This document shows, in pieces, positions 52,074 to 64,000 of a stretch of 64,000 nt of DNA (its first letter is position 1; each line of letters opens with the position of its first letter). Where the stretch lies: NCBI GenBank assembly GCA_951406725.2, contig OX597833.1, positions 19,282,001 through 19,346,000 on the forward strand, written 5' to 3'. Origin of the DNA: Octopus vulgaris (lineage: Eukaryota). The notes under the pieces are model-generated. The model worked only from the letters and a program-made list of their open reading frames with translations. It was not told where the DNA came from and did no database searches. The position numbers and the translations under genes were made by a program.

Positions 52074-52786
52074 TCATTTAACATTTGTTCTCCATGCTAG
52101 ACAGTTTGACAGGAACTATCCTGCTGGAGTGCAATCTGGGCTCCATTTTGCCTGCCTTGGCATGGTTCTTACGGCTGGATGCCCTTCCTAACACCAACCA
52201 CTTTACAGAGCAGACTGGATCACTTGTTATGTGACACCAGCACCAGCACAGGTGCTTTTACATAGCACTGCTACAGCATGGCCACTGTCAAATGACAAAA
52301 ACAAGTAACAGAATAAAAGAAAATATATTCTTTCCTTCTCTCTATCCTTATTTTTACACTCAACTAAAACACTATCCAGTAATTTTTATCCCAATGTTTT
52401 TGTATTAAGTTTCTCGCATTATGCTGTAAACAAATACAATAATAGGAGACAAATGTTTATATGTTGAAACAAAATAATGAGTTTTAAGTCCAAGATTTGA
52501 ATTGTAATTTGAAGACCATCATAAAAGCAGTTTCAGGCAAGTTGGCAATTTTATGGCACACATAGGAAACCCAATATAATATTTCTAGCTGTAATAAGCT
52601 TTAACTATTGTGAATATATTTGACATGCTTTTATTTCAGGAATAATCAAAAATATTTAGTTCATTTAAAAAAGTAAATGCTTAATGAATGCTAGTAATTA
52701 AATCATAAATTAACTAGCATTGTTCTAATTGGGAACATTATATAAATTCAGAAATTAATTGTACTTATTATCTCTCTCTCTCTCTC

Positions 52787-52789
<3 letters not shown>

Positions 52790-52817
<28 letters not shown>

Positions 52818-53050
52818 TTTACCAAGGCAGTGCTCCAGCATGGCATAATCAAATGACAAACAAGTAAAAGAATACATACACATTCATACATAAATGCATA
52901 TACACACACACACACAAATACACACATACACACATACATACAAATACACACATACATACAAATACACACATACATACAAATACACACATACATACAAATA
53001 CACACATACATACACACACACACATACATACAAACAAATACACACACACT
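52790..53050. repeat. CA-rich micro/minisatellite (catacaaatacacacata units)
   Basis: Directly visible 18-bp periodicity. Confidence 0.9.
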
Positions 53051-53539
53051 AAGCTAAACATTAATGATTTGGAAATACAGCCCTTATTCCCTGGGGAAAG
53101 GTATGGTATATGCATTTTGGACAGGATGATAGTGTTAGCTATGATGGACCCATCAAAAAAACAGAGGACGAAGAATGAGTAGAGTACAAGATGCATATTG
53201 CCCATAACACGTTTGCAGTGCTAATCCTCATGCTCACATTTGGCCTTCTAAGCTGGTCACTACAAGAGCTCAACAAGATAAACATGAACTTGCAAACTGC
53301 TCAGTGTTACTGGAAACTTCAACATCAAGATGTAGATAAGCGATATTTTCCATACAAAGATGGTGTCTGCAGTCTTATAAATATAATAATGAAATTATTG
53401 TATACAGTGCTCAGGTGCACCACAACTTGTCAAGAGTGCATATAAAGCATATGCAGTAATGTACAAATGTCTGGGAAGTGAATAGTGTATGAGTCAGATA
53501 CATGCTTGCATGTGTATGGAGGGGAGAAAATCAGGTGTA

Positions 53540-53730
53540 GTGTTGGAGAATCCCAGGAAGCATGGAAGGTTTGAAGGATGCAGTGCTCCGACAAATAACA
53601 ACTGGTGTCGGCAGCTTGTTCCATATTTCAGCAACTCTTAGCGTGGAAAAATGTTTCGGAAAGTCATGGGAGCTGTGCTGTTTTCTGACTTTGTAAACAT
53701 GTCCACAGGTGTTAGATAGGTGGAGTCAGA
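53540..53730 (-). mobile_element. CR1-like LINE 3' fragment
   Basis: TCGHVYKVRKQ...FSTLRVAEIWNKLP resembles the CR1 motif TRGH..K...FFS.RV...WN.LP. Confidence 0.65.
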
Positions 53731-53974
53731 TGAAGCACTAATTATGATATTGAAGCAACATCTGCAGCAGAGGAAAGAAGCATGAAGTAAGAGCTAATGC
53801 AGATCTCTCTCCAATGAACATTGGTAGATTCTACCTATCGCAACAACAAAATGAAATAAGAAACGAAACAGATAATACATGGGTACTTGACGTGAAGGAC
53901 ACAAACCATAAAGGAAATAAATCATATCAAAAACTTGGCATGGAGTACCAACAAGTTTACATCATCCCACTTTA

Positions 53975-54494
53975 ACCCTTTCGTTACCAATCCAGCTGAA
54001 ACCGGCTCTGGTTCTGAGTACAAATGTCTTGTTTCCATAAGTTTTGAATTAAAGTCTTCCACTAAACCTTAATCACAATTTATGTTCCTAACACTAGCTT
54101 AATGATAACTAAGTTATTTTACTAAATTCTTTGTTATATTTAAAATAATTGAAAGAAACACAGAGTATTTTGTTTATTTTTAGAATGACAATGTAGGGTG
54201 TATGTGTGAGGGGCGAGATCTGGCCAGTTTGAACATAAAACTGATAGAATATGGCTGGATATGACTGGTTTAACCCTTTCGTTACCAACTTAGCTGAAAC
54301 TGGCTCTGGCTCTATAGTACAAATGTCTTGTTTTCATAAGTTCTGAATTAAAATCTTCCACCAAACCTTAGTCACAATTTATGTTCCTAACACTAGATGA
54401 ATGATAACTAAATTATTTTACCAAATTTTTTGTTGTATTTAAAGTAATTGAAAGAAAAACAGAGCATCTCAAAATAAAAACAGTAACGAAAGGG
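53975..54494. mobile_element. Cluster of piggyBac-type MITEs; complete copy at 54274-54494
   Basis: ttaa-ccctttcgttac ... gtaacgaaaggg-ttaa, the same TIR as 43331-44394. Confidence 0.8.
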
Positions 54495-54499
54495 TTAAA

Positions 54500-54930
54500 G
54501 GCTACCTCCATACAATTCAAAAGAAATCCTCCACCAAATACCTGCAATCTAAAAGGCAGAAAACACTGATAGACAAGTGTAGGCTGTGTAAAACTAAAAC
54601 TGAAGACATCAACCACATTATTGACAAATGTTAGAAAATGTTTTCTAGATATTATCTTCCCAATGAGGCATGGTGCAGTGGCTAGAACAATCTGGAACAA
54701 AATAAGAAAATAGAAAATATCCGCAAAGTCGATTATATTAATCAATAAGAGTATTATGTTAATCAATGATATTATATTAAGCGATAAGAATATTAGTGGA
54801 AGTTAAAAGAGCCACCAAAACAAAACACAACAGGCCATTTATTGTTGTGTAGGACCACAAGAATAAAAATTGCTTATAGTAGAAACCAGCTGTACTATGG
54901 ACACCAAAGTGGTTAGAAAATACAAGAGAA
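54500..54930 (+). mobile_element. Relic of a restriction-like-endonuclease non-LTR retrotransposon (R4/Dong/NeSL-type) C-terminus
   Basis: DKCRLCKTKTEDINHIIDKC (CCHC knuckle), RHGAVARTIW, and KHNRPFIVV (decayed RPD motif). Confidence 0.7.
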
Positions 54931-56107
54931 ATATAGACACACACGGCTAAGTTATTATAGGTTCTGTCTACTAAAGCCACTTAAAAGGCAGTGGTCAGTC
55001 TGGAGCTATATAGGGGACACTTGCCAAAGTGTTGTGCAGTGGGACTGAACCCAAGAATACACGGTGGGGAAGCAAGCTTCTCAACCACAGAGCCACACAT
55101 GTACCTTTTCATGAAAGTGTTTTGAATTTAGGTGAGATTTTGTGGTAAGAAGCTTGCTTCTAAACCGCATAGTTCTGGGTTCAGTCCCACTGCATGGCAC
55201 TTTGAGCAAGTGTCTTCTATTATAGGCCTTGGGCCTTGAGAGTGGATTTGGTAGATGGAAACTTAAAGAAGCCCATTGTGTGTATGTGTGTTCCACCACT
55301 GCATAACAACCAGTGTTGGTGTGTTTATGTCACCGTAACTTAGCAGTTTGGCAAAAGAGATTGATAAAATAAGTACCAAGCTTAAAAGAAAAAAAATATG
55401 TACTGGGGGGTCGATTCATTTGACTAAAAAGTCAAGAAGTGCTCCAGCATGGCTGCAATATATTGACTGAAACAAGACACAATACACACATACATACATA
55501 CATACATGCGCACACACAAATATATATATATATTAAATTCAAATTACGATGAATGTAAACAAACAAAGTTTGCTTTAGAACCATTGAGATGTCTTAGAAA
55601 GTTAAAGAAGTGATTTTAAATTCTCAAACGCAGGATAATGCTAATAATATAGCCTGAACAGGATAAGCTACCCCTATTTTTGCAGAAAAATGTGTTGGCG
55701 GCCGGCTATGAGACTCAAATTCACACCTCCATGATTACGCGTCACAATGCTCTGAACCATTAAGCTAAACCGTGGTGTGAGTGGTGGTTTAGTTTAAAAT
55801 ATATATACATATATATATTTTCATCGTTTTAAAATTTCATTAACCTGTTTCGGTCATTGAAACCATGTCTGCTGTAAAGATGTATTTAACAAGCAGGTAA
55901 AGGTTGGTGACATAAAGAGCATCCAGCCATAGAAAACTTTTCATCAATTACGCCCCCACCAACACCACTATCGAAGTCATACTAGCATGGAAAAACAGAC
56001 ACAAAACTATAAAAGACAACAACTGCTGATTTCCTCCACAAAATCGGAATAACTGAGACTTATCTGAAAAATAGTAGTTTGTCTGTCGATGCAACAAAGA
56101 CAATCTA

Positions 56108-56636
56108 GAATGTGTCATAAAAAACATCTTTTACTCTAGGCATTTTTAAGAAAAGTTTATATTTACGAAGTTATTTCATGTTAAAGTTCTCGTATTTCGG
56201 TAATTTCAACCAATCAATGACGTGTATTCAGCTGAATAAAATTACTGCCGTTGTTTGTCAAAAACAACTATCGGCGGTGTATATTTCGTTTGTCACTGTT
56301 ATTTATGACATCGTTCGTGCATTTGTACTGGTTTTAAGGTTAGGGTTAGGATATTAGGGTTGTCATAAATAACAGTGACAAATTAAATATACACCACTGA
56401 TAGTTGTTGACAAACAACAGCAGTAATTTTATTCAGCTGAATACACGTAATTGATTGGTTGAAATTACCGAAATACTACAACTTTAAGGTGAAATAACTT
56501 CTTAAATATAAGTTTTTCTCTAAAATGCTAAGAGTAAGATGTTTTATATGACACATTCTACCAGTGTCCGAAGTTTGAAAGTGTTTAGTTACAAAAAATT
56601 ATTTTTTAAATCTGTCGGTCAAAAGGTAAAGATCCG
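56108..56636. mobile_element. Long foldback element with a central ttaggg-like tract
   Basis: Arms of ~200 bp are reverse complements around ggttagggttaggatattagggtt (56338-56361). Confidence 0.85.
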
Positions 56637-57427
56637 AGTGTTTTTTCTTCTTTCCTTTCTTTTTGTATAAGTAGGTTGTTAATAATATTTTTAATATTAA
56701 TATTTTTAGCGTTAAGGTGAAGAGCTGGCAGAAACATTAGCACACCAGGCAAAATGCTTAACAGTATTTTGTCTGTCTTTATATTCTGAGTTCAAATTCC
56801 ACCGAGGTCAACTTTGCCTTTCATCCTTTCAAGGGTCAATAAATTAAGTACCAGTTGCATACTGGGGTCGATCTAATCAACTAGCCTTGTTGATTTGGGG
56901 CCTTGTGCCTAGAGTAGAGTGTTTTTTCTTTTTTTTCTTCCTGTAAAAGTAGGTTGTTAATAAAATGCGATTTGGAAGAGAAAAAAAAAAAAGAAGAAAC
57001 TTAAATAGCAATTACAGATGACCGATAGAGGTAACCAGAAAATATGTGAGCGATAAAGAATTAGCATGCAGCTAACAGGAGAGAGAGAGAGAGAGAGAGT
57101 GTGTGCCAGACAGCAGTGAATTAATATTTAGCACAAGGTGGATTGCCAAAGGTGATAGGAATATCAGAAAGCAGTGAATATGTGAGCATTGGTATGTAGA
57201 GCAGAGTGGATAGCAAAAGTTGATAAGAAAACCACAAAAGGTCTGTATTGGTATGTAGTAGTAGAGTTAAGCAAGTAGTAGGTTTCAGCAATTAGGCTGT
57301 GGCCATGCTGGGGCACCGCCTTGAATTTTTAGTCAAATGAATGAATTGACTCCAGCACTTCTTTTTAAAGTCTTGTACTTATATCAGTCTCTCTTGCTGA
57401 ACTTCAAAGTTACAGGGATGCAAGCAG

Positions 57428-57472
<45 letters not shown>

Positions 57473-58011
57473 TACATATACACATATATATGTATGACGG
57501 GCTTCTTTCAGCTTCCATCTACCAAATCCACTCTCAAGGCCCAAAGCTTAAGGCTATAGTAAAAGACACTTGCTCAAAGTGCCATGCAGTGTGGCTGAAC
57601 CTAGAAGCATGTGGTTGGGAAGCAAGCTTCTTACCACATAGCCATATCTGCACCTTAGTTATTGAGGAAAAAAATCCTTCAATGACAGACTATTTTGTAA
57701 ATTAAGAGGAGATTCTAACTAATTTTATTTCACATGTTTTTAGCACTACACAATCCATCCGTCTATTTTCTCCACTCATCATTCCTGGGAGGGTTGTTTG
57801 GACAGAGTTCTTAGGTGCCTACCAGAAGCAACCATTATTACACTTCCTGGCTGGATTCTCAAACATGACCAACTGAGATTATGGATATTATTGAACCATT
57901 ATATATTATGAACTTTGTGTTTTCCTTTGTGGATGAACCTTTGATCCATAGAAAAACTGTCTTGCATGAAACCGGTCTTTGGTGCAAAAATGGTTGGAGA
58001 CCACTCCATTA

Positions 58012-58534
58012 ACTCCTTTGTTACTATATTTCTGTTGAGATGCTCTGTTTCTTTCAATTAATTTTAAATATAACAAAGAATTTAGTAAAATAACTTAGTT
58101 ACTGTGGAGGCACATGGCCTAGTGGACTTGCAGTCAAGGGATCGTGGGTTCGAATCTCAGACCACGCAATGTGTGTGTTTATGGGCAAAACACCTAAGCT
58201 CCATGTGACTCCGGCAGAAGGTAATGGCGAACTTCTGCTGACTCTTTTGCCACAACTTTCTCTCACTCTTTCCTCCTGCATCTTGCAGCTCACCTGCAAC
58301 GGACCGGCGTCCCGTCCAGGTGGGGAACCTATATGCCAAGGAAACCGGGAAACTAGCCCTTATGAGCTAGGTGTGGCTCGAGAAGGAACAAACAACTTAG
58401 TTATCATTAAGCTAGTATTAGGAACATAAATTGTGACTAAGATTTGATGGAAGATTTTAATTCTGAACTTTTGAAAACAAGACATTTGCAAGACAGCGCC
58501 AGAGGCGTTTTCATGTGGGTTGGTATGTTAAGGG
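58012..58534. mobile_element. TTAA MITE interrupted by a SINE (58102-58393) with 10-bp TSD aacttagtta
   Basis: TSD at 58092-58101 and 58394-58403; the host matches 54274-54494 in reverse. Confidence 0.8.
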
Positions 58535-59844
58535 TTAAAGCTTGTAATATGGACCCAACTTTGTATAAAGGACCCAAGGTAAATTTTCAAGACATTTTCC
58601 TTGAAAAAAATGTACATCTTATATACCACCAGATACAGTATTAGCCAATGAAAAATTTCAATGATCCATACAAAAATCAGTTCATCATTATGCATCCCCC
58701 ATCACAAAGATAACCAAAGGAATAAGTTCTACTCCAAAGATTTATTAAAAAAAAAAAAAAAAAAAAAAATTCAGCTACAGAGAAGGACCATCTAATCACT
58801 AAAATAGTATCAACCTCAAGAAATTAATAATCCTTCTCTATATAATAGTCTGTGGTGTTTCTTTTTAATCTTGCCATTTTGATTACTCTATTAATAATAT
58901 CTATATCAATCAGTGTGCTGTTGCCATGCTGGGCACCAAAATGATGACCATTTTTGCTTTTTCCCCTTTCACTTAATTATTTAATCAAGCTATACATATA
59001 CACATCAGTATTAAAAAATTAGAGGAGGCAAAATGATGGGTGGATGGATTTGTCTTAGCCTACAAGCTTGCATGTCTTGGGTTCAAATTCAACAAAAATA
59101 TTTTATAAAACTGAGGATATATCTGTGTGGATTGGACTGCCTGTGCTCAGTCCTCTGCAAGACGAAGGCCTCGGCATGTTTTCTCCACCAACCATGATCT
59201 GATGTGGAGGCCATGGATGTGAACTTGAGATCATACCAGCTCAATGAGCCTAATCTGCCACAGTGGCTCAACACAGCCAACTATATATGTCCTAATTCAC
59301 CTAGTTCATAGGAACATCTCGAGGAATAGCAGTACATCTCTTGGAATAGTCTGACACTCAACAGGAAAGGAGATTTATCTGTTTTTTACCACCCAACTAG
59401 AGCTAAAACATTGGCCCTTCGGATCTCCACAACATTTGGTCCAGTAGAGACCGATGTACATCTAGCCATTATTAGAATTTTGGGAGTGATTACTGAGGAG
59501 AGACAGACAGAATACAGGTGTTTATAATATTTAAAGCAAAGACTGGTTGTGAAGTTAGTATCACCATCTTTTAATGCAGGAAGGATTTTAAAAAGCTAAC
59601 TTGAAATAATTAAGCAGTGACCTGTAATATTGGTTCTGCACCAAGTTACAGATGCTCCCTTGTTATTATCACAGTCAGAAATGTGGTAAACCAGTGAGTG
59701 AGTTGTTGGAAACTTGTCCTTGTTCATCACTTGTAATATAAAATAAATTAAGATTACTCATCTAACATGTAAACAAATTATCTGAAATAATGATAATGTG
59801 TCTGGACTGTGATGTGACAACAGATATTACATGAGAATATATAG

Positions 59845-59889
<45 letters not shown>

Positions 59890-60730
59890 AGAGAAAGTCT
59901 ATGTATGCCGCTATATATATATAAAATATACAAAATGTGACGAGAACGCAAAACATCCGGACAACTAGGTGATACAAAAAGGGACAACAAAACATCCAGA
60001 TAGACAATACAAAGAAAACAAGGACGGGTTATTCGAAGTTTTCTATCTTCAGTCATGAACCAGATCATCCTTGCAATTTCGGCTGAAATATATACATACA
60101 CACATACATACATAGAGTCAGGCAAAAAAATGTATCCATATTTCAGGAAAGGAAAAATCTGTATAAATATTTAACTTGTATAAGTACCTCTATAACTATA
60201 GATACCTTTCAACGTTTTATCAAATTTCAATAACACTGAATTAAAATATTTATACAGATTTGCCTTTTCTGAAAGTGTGTATACATTTTTTTTGGGGTGG
60301 CTTCTGTATATACGCACAACACTTCTTTACATTAAAAGTATGTAAAAACAGAGAGAAAGAGAAAGAAGAGATAGCAATTGAAGAGGAAGATAAGTGATTG
60401 TAGTCTGAGAGAAAGATAGGTAGTCACAGATGGAGACAAAGAACTAGGTGGTCAGAGAGAGAAAGTAGCAAGATGGTCTTCCACAGAGCCAAATGTACCA
60501 GAGTACATCATTCACCTGTGGTCTCTCACCTGCCCAAGTTGGCAATGTCACAATACTTGATATCAGCAAAGCCTTCCGAGCTAAGCTGTACACTTATGGC
60601 TTCTAACAGTCTCCCGTTTCTTGCACACTGTCCCTTTGCATGAAGTGCCAATAAAGTCCTCTCTCTCTCTAACCTGCACCATCAACTGTGGTGTTCCCCA
60701 AGGTTTGGTAATATATTCTATATACATTAA

Positions 60731-61252
60731 CCCCTTGTCAACGGTTGATGCAAATATGCGATCACACTTTTGCTTGCCTACCCGCGGTTAACATAAATAT
60801 ACGATGTAGAGCTGCTCTACATCTATCACGGACTTTTTAGCGGCTGACGTATGTTTACGTTCGCTATCAAGTACTTTATCTCTTGAGGTGCGCACGCTCG
60901 TCGTCCCGTGCATTATCTTAGCTATTTTAGGTTACGTTCAAGTCATGAGACTAGTAGTAGACCAATGACATGCGGATACTTTACATGCATAATACCATGT
61001 TTGGAGTTGTATCATATGCAAGCTATTTTCTGAACTTGAGCAGAATAACTCGTGCATATCATATTATGATAAATAGCTTCACATAATTCGTTTTCATAAA
61101 CCGGCAGATGTAAATGTACGACGCTATGTTATTGTTACGGCGAACATAAATAGATGCAAGCTCGTTAGCACTTGTGTGTTTGTGTGGCCTCATTAGATAA
61201 AAAAAACTGGAGCAGTGTCTCGCATGCTTCGGTTAATACTGGTGTCAAGAGG
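60731..61252. mobile_element. TTAA-flanked non-autonomous DNA element
   Basis: ttaa-ccccttgtca...tgtcaagagg-ttaa imperfect TIR; interior is CpG-richer than its surroundings. Confidence 0.55.
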
Positions 61253-61415
61253 TTAACAATCGACTCATTGTCATTTCTAACAAAACACTCTACAATATCA
61301 TCCTTTATTTTTCTTTAACCTTTTGCACACATGTAGCATTCACATGCAAATTTAAAATAATATTTTATGGCATTTAAGACACTTCTGTTCCCAAAATAGT
61401 CCTTATAAAAATTTC

Positions 61416-61447
<32 letters not shown>

Positions 61448-62304
61448 CCCCAGTTCCTATGTGCAAAGTTGGGCCTCCCATAAGCTTAATATGCTAAAAG
61501 CTTTTTGCCTAAATATGATCTGCTGTAATTGGGATGCATCTTATATGTCCATGCATTTTTTATGCAATCAAACATGGTGCTTCATGTTGTGCATCCGGTG
61601 CCTCCAAGAACAGTCTGTAATGGAGACACAACAATCTCCATGCTTATCAGAGAAAATAGTCTTCTACCTCACCCTCTCTTGTCATGAGCAACCAAAAACT
61701 CAAAGTTGTTACAAACTTCAAAATCTCTGATGTTCTTTAACCATTACCAGCCACGATCGAGGAGATGTCTGATCAAAAACCATACCAGCCAAGATCATCC
61801 TGCTTTTTCTATGAGCTAGGAACCCAATATATCTAGCCTCGCAGACACATTAGCATGCCAGGCAAAACGCTTAGCGGTATTTCGTCTGTCATTACGTTCT
61901 GAGTTCAAATTCCGCCAAGGTCGACTTTGCCTTTCATCCTTTCGGGGTTGATAAATAAAGTACCAGTTTCGCACTGGGGGGTCAATGTAATCGACTTAAT
62001 CCCTTTGTCTGTCCTTGTTTGTCCCCTCTATGTTTAGCCCCTTGTGGGCAATAAAGAAATATATATCTAGCCTCATTTATCAATGATCCAGGATAATGTT
62101 ATACTAAACTATGAACCATGTTATGCTTATCACGGATTGATCTGTGATAATAAAGGTTGGCAATCAGCCAAAGATTCTGCTTGGATAGCAAAAGGACACC
62201 TGAATGACCACCAACAATGCCCAGTTAGCCAGAACACTCAGATGAACAGTCATATTTACATCACCATGGTGTGACATTGCATATTCTGTATAGTTTTATG
62301 TATA

Positions 62305-62826
62305 CCGTAAATCCTCGAGTATAGTCCGTCCTTGAGTATAATACGCAGGGGATTTTTAGGGGGTTGTACCTCTGAAAAACCTAAACCTTGTGTAAAATAC
62401 GCACCCCTTATCTAAGTTGAGTCATGCGTAATTAAGCCAGCAGCATCTAGTCAAACAATCACTTTCACTCATGCATAATACAATAATGGTGATGTTCTTA
62501 ACTGTTATATGGGAATGTAAATATGTTTGCAAATCGTTTTTGTTACATGTTATTCTGTGATATGAATACTTTTATTTTAATAAATGTTGCTTACTGCAAG
62601 TTACGGCTGATTCTTTTATGACTTCACTGCTTTCAGGCTTAGCTTAAGGTATTTTCGCGCTCGACATCACAAAATGCATCTGAATAAACATTGCCGGACA
62701 GCAAATAGAGACTCAGACATTGCTTAGAAAATGTTTTTCATTTTTAACCTTGTATATAGTATGCACTAGGGATTTTGACCTTTAAATTTTGGTAAAAAAA
62801 TGTGGATTATACTTGAAGATTTACGG
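62305..62826. mobile_element. pogo/Tc2-type MITE
   Basis: TA flanks; TIR ccgtaaatcctcgagtatagtcc vs ggattatacttgaagatttacgg. Confidence 0.8.
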
Positions 62827-63263
62827 TACTCGTCAACACACCACTAGTGAACAGGAAAAAATATTAATCATTTATCACCCATTCATTTAACAGTATTTAT
62901 TTGGAAACAAATGCCTGTGATAAAGGAGGATAGATGCACTGTGTTAATCAACATGTCCATTTTTATGATGGCAGGATGTGGTATGCACTCCACTTATTGT
63001 CACATATAGTGACCATACAAAGCCTCCTTCACTGGTTTGCACAGTAACCACACAAGAGACTCCACAGTTAATATATATAACGTCATGAAAACTACTAGGA
63101 GTGGCTGTGAGGTAAGTAGCTTGCTTACCAACCACATGGCTCTGGATTCAGTCCCACTGTGTGGCATCTTAGGCAAGTGTCTTCAACTACAGCCTCGGGC
63201 TGACCAAAGCCTTTATAGTGGATTTGGTAGACGGAAACTGAAAGAAGCCTGTCATATATATGT

Positions 63264-63300
<37 letters not shown>

Positions 63301-64000
63301 ATACATTTGGGTGTCTGTGTTTGTCTCTCTCACCTCCAACATCGCTTGACAACCGATGCTGGTGTGTTTACATCCCTGTAACTCAGCAGTTCAGCAAAAG
63401 AGACTGATAGAATAAGTACTAGGGCTTACAAAGAATAAGTCCTGGGGTTGATTTTCTCAACTAAAGGCGGTGCTCCAGCATGGCCACAGTCAAATGATTG
63501 AAACAAGTAAAAGAGTAAAGAGAGAATTCCTCTTCATAATCAGGAAATATAAATCTCATTTAAGTTCCATTCTTACATGAGTTTTGTAAACAGAGTTTGT
63601 AGTTTGCATAGCAACCTTAAAAATGCACTCAGTCCAAGTGCTAAAGTATTTAGTATTTGAAAGGCTGTCCGGCCATAGAAACTATACCAAAGCAGACATT
63701 GGAGCTCAATACAGTCCTTGGACTCATCAGATCTTGTCAAATTGTCCAACTCATGACAGCATGGAACATGAACGTTAAATGATGGTTGCTCACATCTAAG
63801 GTGCTACATAATAGTAAGAAACTCTCAAGAGAAAGGCAGCAAGCTGGCAGAAACGCTAGCACACTGGGTGAAATGCTTAGTGGTATTTCGTCTGCCGCTA
63901 CGTTCTGAGTTCAAATTCTGCCGAGATCAACTTTGCCTTTCATCCTTTCGGGGTCGATAAATTAAGTACCAGTTACACACTGGGGGTCGATGTAATCGAC

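Noticed and set aside
55695-55775. tRNA-like sequence on the minus strand (also 36891-36968 on plus, and SINE heads)
   Set aside because: A/B-box-like motifs are present but I could not fold a consistent cloverleaf; likely decayed SINE heads.

Overview
AT-rich, repeat-dense eukaryotic DNA. The tRNA-derived SINEs, RTE/CR1 LINE relics, MITEs and (TA)n/(CA)n microsatellites look like those of a coleoid cephalopod, probably Octopus (inferred from repeat style only). The window holds one multi-exon gene on the minus strand, assembled here by hand from GT-AG sites with matching phases. Coding exons are 46250-46376 (mitochondrial-presequence-like), 44897-45092, 41857-42672 and 37775-38427, which encode two tandem HAD-phosphatase domains (the second degenerate). 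They join a single 1775-nt exon (26679-28453) encoding a complete choline-dehydrogenase-type GMC oxidoreductase, giving a predicted fusion protein of about 1188 aa. That whole GMC exon occurs three times (26679-28453, 8182-9956, 4530-6304). All three copies are intact, equal in length and keep the same phase-1 acceptor, and I found no HAD exons in front of the two distal copies. Their amino-acid differences cluster in the substrate-binding region, including loss of the LQDHLE glutamate in the distal copy. The best hypothesis is a constant HAD-HAD module joined to one of three alternative terminal catalytic exons with different specificities; splicing and function are inferred, not demonstrated. 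The remainder is intron/intergenic sequence filled with transposon debris.
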